A DNA stretch of 64,000 bases. It comes from Pelagomonas calceolata. Taxonomy: Eukaryota. The stretch covers positions 3,038,001 to 3,102,000 of the forward strand of contig CAKKNE010000002.1 of the NCBI GenBank assembly GCA_918797485.1, given 5' to 3'. A program made the position numbers and the translations under genes. Below are positions 10,885 through 20,000 of this stretch, piece after piece. How positions within the stretch are numbered: position 1 is the first letter of the stretch; every line of letters starts with the position of its first letter. Below the pieces are notes generated by a model, which did not search any database, was not told where the DNA came from, and was given only the letters and a program-made list of their open reading frames with translations.

Positions 10885-10891
10885 TAAGCGT

Positions 10892-11016
10892 GGGCCGAAC
10901 CGGGGATCGAACCCGGGACCTCCTGTATGCTTGCGAGCGCGGCGCGCGGCGCGCGGACCCAAAACAGGAATCATACCTCTATGCTGGAACCCTTTGACGG
11001 GTCTGACCATTCGGCC
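10892..11016 (-). tRNA. trnP-UGG: tRNA-Pro(UGG) with two introns: 23 nt in the D-arm (11004-10982, after nt 12) and 30 nt at 37/38 (10957-10928)
   Basis: Removing both inserts gives GGCCGAATGGTCTAGAGGTATGATTCCTGTTTTGGGTACAGGAGGTCCCGGGTTCGATCCCCGGTTCGGCCC: perfect 7-bp acceptor stem, perfect anticodon stem CCTGT/ACAGG, T-arm GGTTCGATCC, C73, downstream poly-T. Confidence 0.93.
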
Positions 11017-11256
11017 GATGCATCCAACGCTAAAAAGTATCGGTGGCGGGCGCACAACTGCAGCCCAGCACACCTCTTTTTCTTTCTTCTGAGCCTTCAT
11101 GAAGCATACTACGAAACGGCCCGTTTTCGAAATAATAGTTAAAAACGCTGTGTGTTTTTGTCGCGCACGGCTGCCAAGGAGGGCTAACAACAGTGCAACG
11201 CCACGCAAGGGCCCAGCTTCGAGCGTGCCACCGCCAGCAAGCCAGCCTTTGGAGCC

Positions 11257-12145
11257 ATGCACCGCCTCACCGAGAGCATCATAGACAATGCCACCATCAT
11301 CCTGATCATAGCCCACCCCGACGACGAGGCCATGTTCTTCTACCCCACGATATCGCGCGCGAAACGACTGCACATCATCTGCCTTTCCAATGGCGGCTAC
11401 GACGGCCTCGGCGAACAGCGCGAAAAAGAGCTGCAGCGCGCGGCGCGTCGCTTGGGCGCCTCAGCGACGTGCGTCAACAACGCGGCGCTCCAAGACGGGC
11501 CGCACGCCTGGGATCCAAGCGTCGTGGCGGCGAACGTGGGGCCGTGGCTGCACGCCGGCGCGGTCGTCGTGACGTTCGATCGCTACGGCGCGTCCGGCCA
11601 CGCGAACCACGTGGCAGTCTACCACGGCGCGGCCCCGGCGTCCTTCGCGCGGCGCGGCGACGGCGTGACGCGCGACGCACGCAGGCGTCCGGCGGCTCGC
11701 CCAGACGAGACGAGACTGCCGGTTCTACGCGCTCGAGACGGCGCCTCATTATAGACGGTACATCGGCGCGTTTGATGTACTATGCGCCGCCGTGCGCGCG
11801 CGGTTTGATCCGCGCCCGTGCCTTGTTCAGTGTCCTTGAAGCTCCGCGTCGATGGCGTGCTCTGTGTGTGTTTTTCCGCCTCCGCCTCCACGCCATCGAC
11901 GCGGCCGCTCTGTGCGTTTGTCTCTCGACGCCATCGACGCGATGCGGGGTGCCGAGAGAGTACGTGATACCGTTGCGGCGGGAAAGACACGCTACGCATA
12001 TAGGTCCGTGCTCGTCGCGAGCCTCGACGTGCGCGGCTGCTACGCGGCGCTCGCGGCGCACGCGTCGCAGCTGGTCTGGTTCCGGCGGCTCTTCGTCGTC
12101 TTCTCCGCGTACACGTACGCGAACCGGCTCGTCGTGATCGATTAG
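11257..12145 (+). CDS. PIGL: N-acetylglucosaminyl-phosphatidylinositol de-N-acetylase; exons 11257-11626, 11685-11817, 12004-12145
   Basis: AHPDDE, CLSNG, TFDRYGASGHANH and HASQLVWFRRLF motifs. Splicing a GC-AG intron (11627-11684) and a GT-AG intron (11818-12003) restores the middle segment FYALETAPHYRRYIGAFD in one frame. Confidence 0.9.
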
Positions 12146-12198
12146 CGGCGGCGACGGCGTGTTTTTGGGTAATCCTGTTGTGCTAACAAACAGACATC

Positions 12199-13470
12199 TT
12201 ACTCGGATTCGATCCGCCTTATTAATTCGCGCGGAGGCACCGAACCATTAGTAGAGACGGTCAGCGCCCGCAATTTCGGGACCAAAGCCGCGATCTCATC
12301 AACAGAGCGACTCAAAAGCTCTTGTTTTGGCAGGACGTCCACATCACCGGACGCAGAAACGTGGATGAACGCGTTCGAGTCCCAGACCGTCGTCGGCGTC
12401 TTCTTCGCCCGACACCGACACGCGAGGAACTCCAAACACCCGTCGAAGCCCTTGTTGCCCGGCGCCGGCGCTTTTCGAGAACAGCACCGCGTATTCAACA
12501 CCTCCAGGGGCGCGAAGGGCCGCACCGCGTGCATGACCACTTCATTATGGCCGCACGGTTTTCCGTGTCTACCGCCCCAGTCGCCCTCGGCCTCCGGGTT
12601 CGGCCGCCAGCCCGGCGCTAGGGCTTGGTCGGCCTCGATGGCGTCTCTCACTCTCCTCGATATATCATCGGCCACGGCGCCGCTACGGACTTCCCCGGCC
12701 CACGGCGCGCCCAAGTCCTCGCCACTCAACCCATCCATGTACTTCGTCCGCGCTAAGGTCCTCGTTTCGCCTCTTGCATTCGTGAGCATCGCCTCTTCAT
12801 CAACGATCATGCCTAGCAACTGCAGCTTCTTTTTGGACGTCGCGTCGGCACTACCAGCCAGTCTAGCGACGTCGGCCCTCTTCTTATCCTTGAGGGAGGA
12901 GGACGCTTTTCGCGCCAGGGCGCATCGTTTCTTAACATCGTCGAGGTCGCTCCATAATTCAGAAGGCCATGGCAGAGCCTCGAAGCCCGACGGTGGCGCT
13001 AAATTATCAAAACGGGCCTTCGAAGCCTTGGCCCGCTGTAGACACTGCTTGAGCCGATCTCGCGCGTCGTTCGTCACAGCTAAGACACCGCCCTTGCGTA
13101 GCGACGCGGCCTCCTTCGCGGCTTGCGACGAGAGCGCCGCGTGGAGCGCTAACGAAGGCGCGCCCAGGGCCTTGCAGGCCATCCTTAGTTCCTTGGCGCT
13201 CCGCGCGTCGCGGCACGTCGCCACGACCAAAATATCAGGATCCCGGCGCCACGACGCGTAGCAGCGCTCGAGCACATCTAACTCCTTGGGCGCGCGGCCT
13301 TCGCTCGAAGCCCGCGCGTCGAGCGCGCGCTGCTGCTGCAGCCGCGCCGCGGCGGCGGCGACGGCCAGCGAGCCCGTCGCGCGCGGCTTTTGGTGTGTGG
13401 GTTGCTGACCCTTTTTGGCTTTCCCGCGCTTCGGCGGCGCGCCGGTGTGGCGGCGGCGGCCCTGGCCCAT
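12199..13470 (-). CDS. Hypothetical protein with basic N-terminus
   Basis: Long ORF with typical codon pattern; start placed at MGQGRRR (13470). No family recognised. Confidence 0.6.
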   Translation of the reverse strand: MGQGRRRHTGAPPKRGKAKKGQQPTHQKPRATGSLAVAAAAARLQQQRALDARASSEGRAPKELDVLERCYASWRRDPDILVVATCRDARSAKELRMACKALGAPSLALHAALSSQAAKEAASLRKGGVLAVTNDARDRLKQCLQRAKASKARFDNLAPPSGFEALPWPSELWSDLDDVKKRCALARKASSSLKDKKRADVARLAGSADATSKKKLQLLGMIVDEEAMLTNARGETRTLARTKYMDGLSGEDLGAPWAGEVRSGAVADDISRRVRDAIEADQALAPGWRPNPEAEGDWGGRHGKPCGHNEVVMHAVRPFAPLEVLNTRCCSRKAPAPGNKGFDGCLEFLACRCRAKKTPTTVWDSNAFIHVSASGDVDVLPKQELLSRSVDEIAALVPKLRALTVSTNGSVPPRELIRRIESE

Positions 13471-13959
13471 GGTTACTTTGCGCAGCGGCGTTGCCGCGCT
13501 TCGCACCAGCGATACGTACCTCACGAGTTACGCCCGCCACTCCTTGCTGCAAATGCTGGCCAGGCTGCAGGCTGTCGTATTGTTGCTCACGCGCCCTTCA
13601 CTGCGCGAGCGCGCGCAGCCGTTATGCACGGGAGACAGGCGTCGCTTCACGCAGCGTTTCACCACAGATCGCGATAGATGCACAACTAGGCTGCAATTGC
13701 CAATGACATTGGCCAAAATAGCAAGGGAGAGCAAAAACACCAAAATCAATCAAGAGATGAGAGGAGAGCCCTCCCGAGAACCTCCTGACGCCTCACAAGC
13801 CGTTTTCGCAAGCCCTCCTCGCCTGGCCGGCAGCTCTCAGCGCCAAGACGAGTTGGGCTCTCAGGCAGCCAAATATAGCGCCGCGAGGCAGCCTTGCACC
13901 CGCCAAGCGCCACGGGGACACCACTCCAAGCGCAAGGGCAGCCCTCGCAAACAACGACG

Positions 13960-14754
13960 ATGTCGGCGCCCCGGACGGCGCGCACCGTCACGGGCCGCAC
14001 CAACACCGCCCGGAGCGAGGGCTCCGCAACGGGCCGCCGGAAGGCGCTCAACCGCGCCTCGGCGGGCGCGACGCCCCGCGCGCCGTCGCAGCCGGCGGGC
14101 GCGCCGAGCTCGGAGCGGGGCGCCTTCGGGCGCACCCAACTCTCGCGGACGTCGCCTCTTAGAAGTGTATTGCTAGATCCGGAGGTGAATAATTTGCCTC
14201 CAGCTAGGACGCAAACTGAGTACGCAGAATTCGTAAGAACGAGAAACAAAGCTCACAGTTCCTACGACTTGGATGAAGACGGCCAAGTCACAGTTCAGGA
14301 CTACAAGCTCGCGGCGTCCTTAGATGTCGACGGCGACGGTAGATTAGACACGGACCGGCACAAAGAGGGCGGCCTGATCCTCGCGGAGAGATTTTTTGAG
14401 CGCCAGATCGTCCCCGCAAAATTTCACGGCGACTGCTGGACGGCTCGAGAAGGAAGAGAGGGTTTCCAGGAAAACGCGCGGCGCCTCGCGAATTCTCAAC
14501 ATTTCGGCGCGGGCTTGAGGATGCTCGAAATGCGCGAGAAGCGGCTGTTGGGGCGGGCGTCCCTCAACATGACCGCGTGCATGCAGGCCCCAAAGGGCCC
14601 CGACGAGGGCCCGCGGTCGCACCTGCTGGCCCATCGGAAGCGCACGGAGCGATTATTCGGCCAGGCCCAGTTAGATAAGTGGGACGCCAAGCTCGAGAAG
14701 TGGTCGACGAAGCGCGTCTCGCCCATCTCGAACTTGGCGTTCGAGAACGGCTAG
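13960..14754 (+). CDS. EF-hand-containing protein
   Basis: DLDEDGQVTVQD and DVDGDGRLD loops; start MSAPRT at 13960. Confidence 0.65.
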   Translation: MSAPRTARTVTGRTNTARSEGSATGRRKALNRASAGATPRAPSQPAGAPSSERGAFGRTQLSRTSPLRSVLLDPEVNNLPPARTQTEYAEFVRTRNKAHSSYDLDEDGQVTVQDYKLAASLDVDGDGRLDTDRHKEGGLILAERFFERQIVPAKFHGDCWTAREGREGFQENARRLANSQHFGAGLRMLEMREKRLLGRASLNMTACMQAPKGPDEGPRSHLLAHRKRTERLFGQAQLDKWDAKLEKWSTKRVSPISNLAFENG

Positions 14755-15078
14755 GCGACCTAGCACCCCTTATCAGTAAATCAAGCAGTTCTCCCGCCAA
14801 GCCCCCGTGTGTACGGCGGTCCCGACGTCGACATCGGTACTAGCACGAATCAAGCAGGCACCCGTTATGCGAGATAGCGGGGAGGGAGGAGGGCGGGGCA
14901 CCGATCTCGGTAAGATGGGTGCGGACGGGGGTGTGTACAATCATGGGCTGGCCCTGGGAGAGCGATGGCGACTTGGACTGTCCGCGGACACGGGCGTGCC
15001 CCGGGAAGTGGAATGAGCGCTGCCAGTCTGTGACGGCAGGCCGGGCGTATGGACATTGGCGGGAGAGACACGAGTGCC

Positions 15079-16452
15079 TCAGACCCGCTCGGCGGCCTTG
15101 CGCACGTCGGCGGCCGCGAGCTCGATGCCGTAGGCCGAGCCGCCGTGCTTCGAGTCGTCCAGGCCCTCGATCTCGATGTTCTCGGGCACGCGGAACCAGC
15201 CGGCCTTCTTCAGGAGGATGAAGAAGGGCGTCATGAGCGCGCCGACCCAAATCGTAATAGCTATGAGGGCGACGAAGTTGCAGGCCAGCATGTTGCCCTG
15301 GCCCGTGTAGAAGAGGCCCCCGACGTCGGCGTTGCCGTAGGCCTCGCGCATGTGCTCCTTTCTAGCGAACAACGCCGGCGCTAGTAGTCCCCAGCAGCCC
15401 GCGAAGTAGTGCACCGGCGTCGCGTTGACGGCGTCGTCGATTTCTAACTTAACTAAAAGCTTGGCACCGAGCGTGTAGAAGACGGCCCCGATCGGGCCAA
15501 TGACGACAGCAGCCCAGGGCTCGACCACGGGGCACGCCGACGTGATCGACACGAGCCCCGCGAGGATACCGTTGCACATCTCGGCCACGTCATAAGTCTG
15601 GGAGAGTTTGTAGTGGATGAATAGGTTCGCGACGCCGCCCGACGCGGCTGCTAGAGTTGTCGTTACGGCAACTCGAGACGCGACCGTCGACACGCCACCA
15701 ATGTATAAGGTGCTACCAGGATTGAAGCCGTACCAGCCGACCCAGAGGAAGAAGGTGCCCAGCACAACCAACGGCATGGAGTGGCCCTTGATGGGCCCCG
15801 GGTTCTCGCCCGCGAAGCGCCCGATGCGCGGCCCGAGCACCGCCGCCCCGATGCCCGCCGCCGCGCCGCCGACCATGTGCACGACGCCGCAGCCCGCGAA
15901 GTCCACCACACCGACGTTCAGCCACGCCGCCCGGTTGCCCGTCGCCTTCCAGGCGCTCAGCCAGCCCGTGCCGCTCCAGACCCAGTGCACCACCACCGGG
16001 TACACGAAGCCCGTCAGGAAGGCGCTGTACGCCGCATACGCCGTCATGGAGCACCGCTCCGCGACCGCACCGCTCACGATCGTCGCCGCGGTAGCAGCAA
16101 AGGCGAACTGGAAGAACCAGTTGTGGTAGCCGTCGCCGCCCTCGTAGCCCTTCGACAAGAAGAAGTAGTTGTTCCCGATGAACCAGTTCTTGTCGCTCCC
16201 CGACTGCCCGTAGGCGAACGCGTAGCCCGTGGCCCAGAACCATATCGCGCCCACGCAAGCATCCAACAAATTCTTCAGCAGGATGTTCTGGGCGTTCTTC
16301 GCCCGGATCGAGCCCGCACACAACATGGCGAAGCCCGTCTGCATGAGGAAGACGAGCGTGCCGCAGTACAAGATCCAGTGCACGTCGATGTCGGCGCTGC
16401 CGCCGAGCACGGCGGCCTTGATGGCGGCCTCCTCGTCGTCCGTCAGCACCAT
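15079..16452 (-). CDS. AMT1: Ammonium transporter (AMT1 family)
   Basis: FLMQTGFAMLCAG, WFFQFAFAATAATIVSGAVAER, DFAGCGVVHMVGG, LGPRIGRF, WYGFNPGS, NGILAGLVSIT, IDDAVNATPVH, GLDDSKHGG; start MVLTD at 16452. Confidence 0.97.
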   Translation of the reverse strand: MVLTDDEEAAIKAAVLGGSADIDVHWILYCGTLVFLMQTGFAMLCAGSIRAKNAQNILLKNLLDACVGAIWFWATGYAFAYGQSGSDKNWFIGNNYFFLSKGYEGGDGYHNWFFQFAFAATAATIVSGAVAERCSMTAYAAYSAFLTGFVYPVVVHWVWSGTGWLSAWKATGNRAAWLNVGVVDFAGCGVVHMVGGAAAGIGAAVLGPRIGRFAGENPGPIKGHSMPLVVLGTFFLWVGWYGFNPGSTLYIGGVSTVASRVAVTTTLAAASGGVANLFIHYKLSQTYDVAEMCNGILAGLVSITSACPVVEPWAAVVIGPIGAVFYTLGAKLLVKLEIDDAVNATPVHYFAGCWGLLAPALFARKEHMREAYGNADVGGLFYTGQGNMLACNFVALIAITIWVGALMTPFFILLKKAGWFRVPENIEIEGLDDSKHGGSAYGIELAAADVRKAAERV

Positions 16453-17023
16453 GGTGGATGGTCTCGGTTGAGTCGAAACTGTGAGATGGTCCGCGAAGTT
16501 GCACCTCGAGATTGCCGCTCCGCCGCTGCTGTTGCACTTTGCTGGGGGCAGCCCGCGACGCTGCGGGGGGCGCGGCGGTGGGTTTAATGGATGGCGGGGG
16601 TCGAGGAAAGGGGCCGCGCGTGGGGTTTGAGGCAGCTTACGGTGTCGGCGGGTCGCTGTCACTTTGACACTGCGAGTAGCACGGCGTGCTAGCGATTCTG
16701 AGTAAGATCGGCGGCCTTGGATCCCTGCTGCGATCGCTCGTGGGGGCTCGGCCGGGGCGGCCGCCGCCTGGGACCCGTTGCGTTCTGTTTTTTTCATCCT
16801 AGTGTCTTACGGGCTAGCTCGTGGCGGCTGAGTTTGGTCGAGACGACTGCGCTTGCTATAGCTGTTGCAGCTCGGCGGCCTGCATTTTTCTGTGCATTTG
16901 TGTCCAGTACCGTGGACGAGCGCGTACCGTTGTCTAGATAGGCAACAAGAGCAGCAGTGTGCACAAGTGCTGCTGCTGAACTGAACAACAGTAGTGCACA
17001 AGTTTTGCTCAAAAACCAGAGAG

Positions 17024-20000
17024 ATGCGCCGCACTGCACCAATGCTGCTCCGGCACCTGTCCTCCGACAGCGTCGACAGCGTGCGCGTCGGGCGCGCCGT
17101 GACACGACTAAGAAATGGAGGCGACTTTAAGCCCGTCGGCGCGCTCGCGACGCTGCCGCCGCGGCTCGGCGCGACGCTCGAGTGGCTCTGCCAGAAGGAC
17201 GCGCTGGGCCAGGACGCGCTGCTGATCTGCGCGCCGGCGGAGCGGGCGCGGGCGCGCCGGGCCGCCTTCGCCTTCGCCGAGCTCGTGAACGCCGAGGCCT
17301 ACTACGTGGGCGTGTCGCCGGACACGGCCGAGGCGGACCTGCGCCAGCGGCGCGAGCTGACTGGTGGGGGGAGCGCGGCCTGGTCCGACGCCGCGCCCGT
17401 CCGCGCGGCGTTGGCAGGGGGCGTCCTGATTCTCGACGGGCTGGAACGGGCGGAGCGCAACGTGCTGCCCACGCTGAACAACCTGCTCGAGAACCGCGAG
17501 CTGGCGTTAGATGATGGTCGGAGACTCGTGCCGGAGTGGCGCCTCGCGCAACTGCGGGAGGAGGTCGACGTGCCCCTGCTCCCCGTTCCACAAACGTTCC
17601 GGGTGATCGCGCTCGCGTCGCCGGCGCCGCCTTTTACTGGAAGAGCCCTCGACCCGCCCCTGCGCTCGCGGCTCCAGGCCCACGTCGTGCCGAGCTTCGA
17701 CGTCGACGAGCTGCCGCCGCACGAGGACCTCGCCGCGGCTTGTGCCGCGTTGCTCGAGATCGAGCGAAACAACGCCGTCGCCGCGGCCGCGTCGCGGTCT
17801 TCAGATACGACGTTCGCCTTCTCCGGCACGGCGATCAAACGCGTGGCGCGGCATGCCTCGGACGCGCGGGCCGTGCTAGAGCGGTGCTACCCGCCGCTCG
17901 CCGGGCGTTATCTATTGGGCAAGGCCGTCTCAAAGGACGCGGTCGAGGCCGTGGACCGCGTGCTCGGGGCCCCGGCGGCGGACGAGGGCGCGGGCCGCGC
18001 GGACGGCGCCCTCTGGCTCTCCGCGACGCAGAGCCGCGCGCTCGCGGCCGCACAATCAGACCTAAAGAACGGCGAGCACGTGGCGCTCGTGGGCCCGGCC
18101 GGCGGCGGCAAGTCAATCATGGCGGCGCGCGTCGCGCCGGCCGCCGCGCGGCTCCAGACCTGCCACAAGGACCTCACGGCGCGCGATTTATTACAGAGCC
18201 GCGCGACGGATCCCGCGACGGGCGCGTCGACGTGGCGCGACGGGCCTATCATCGAAGCGATGCGCGCCGGGTCCTCCGTCATTCTGGACGGCGCGCACCG
18301 TTTACAACGAGGAGTCCTCGCGGCGGCGCTCTCGCGCGCGCTCCACGACGGTATCGTGGACCTGCCCGACGGCTCGCGGCTCGAGGCGGCCGAAGGCTTC
18401 CGCGTCGTCGCCGTCGCCGAGCCGGGAGCGTGGCTCGGCGACGGCGACGTGGCGGCCTGCTTTTCGTCGCACGCCGTGCCCGAGTGGGCCGATGATGATA
18501 TAGAGGCGGCGCTGGCGCACCTCGTGCCGGGCTGCGACGCACGCGCGCTCGCGGCGGTCGCGCGCCGCTCGCGCGAGGACGGCGACGCCGCGACGCGGCT
18601 GAGCATAAGGTCGCTCCTGCGCGTCGCGCGGCGGCTCGCGGCCGGCGAGGCCGACGTCAAGCCGCTGGTCGAGGAGGCGCTCATGGCGGCGTTCCTGCCG
18701 CGGCGGCTGCGGGACAAGGTGGACGACTGGTTCGCCTCGTCCAGTGACGAAGAAGTCGAGGCGACGGCCGCCTGGACCGTCGCTGGAGAAGATGTAAGCG
18801 TCGTGGCGCGCCGCGACGGCGCCACCGCGGCCACGGTTGCGATGCGCGGGCGCGGCCGCGCGCCGGAGCTCGTGCCCTCGTTACCGAACTACGTGCCGAC
18901 GCGCGCGGCCGAGGCGGCCGTCGCGGCGCTCGTGCAGCTCGAGGCCGCGGGCGAGCGCGCCGTGTTGGTGTTAGGCAACCAGGGCGTCGGCAAGAACGTC
19001 GCCGTGGACCGCTATTTATCCCTTTGCGGTGCTGAACGCGAATATTCGCAACTGCACCGCGACTCGACCGTCTCTTCATTAACGGCCACCCCGACGCTGG
19101 AAGATGGAATTCTGAGACACGAGGACGCTCCGTTAGTAAGAGCGGCGCTCCACGGCCGCGTTTGCGTGTTAGATGAGGCGGACAAGGCGCCGACGGAGGT
19201 GACGGTCCTGCTCAAGGCCTTGGTCGCGGACGGCGTGTTGCCGTTGCCGGACGGTCGCATACTGAGAGTGGGGGACAACGTGCACGCCGATTTTAGGTTG
19301 GTCGTGCTGGCGAACCGGCCGGGCTACCCCTTCCACGGCAACGCGCTGTTCCGCGAGTGCGGCGACGCCTTCGCTGGTCTGGTGGTGGACAATCCCGACG
19401 TCGACAGCGAGGTCGCCTTGCTCGAGGACGTGGCGCCGTCGCGGCCCCACGATGAGCGAAGACGCCTCGCGTGCGCGTTCGCCGAGCTGCGCGCGCGGCA
19501 CGAGACCGGTTCGTTAGCCTACCCCTTCTCGATGCGCGAGTGCGCCGCCGTCGCGCGCCACCTTGAATTGTATGGGTCCGAGGACGAGGGCGTGGGCGAC
19601 GCTTTGGCGAATGTCCTCGCGCACGACGCCTACGCGCCGCAGCGGGCCATGGTCGCGGCGGTCTTCGAGGCTCACGGCTTTGAGGGCGTTGCGGATAAGT
19701 TACAAAGGAAGCTCGACGGGATTGTTCCATCAATGGCGTACGACGTGGAGTATACGTCTATCAAAGGGAGCGGCGGCGCGTCCGTGCCGCGGACGGGATT
19801 AAGTGCCCCAAAATTCGGCAAGGTCGACCCGTCCGGCAATCCGCACGTCGGCGGCAACACGTGGGCTGGAGGAAGTGGCGGCTCGGACACCGCGGGACTC
19901 GGCGGGCGGGGCGGGCCCTATCGTTTGTGGGACGGCAAGCACGTGCCGCACCAAGTTTCCGACGAAGCCAAGGCCGAAGTCAGTGAGGCGGCTAGAGCAG

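Noticed and set aside
14924..14940. GACGGGGGTGTGTACAA resembling the SSU rRNA 1391R site
   Set aside because: Short gapped match with no flanking rRNA similarity; likely chance.
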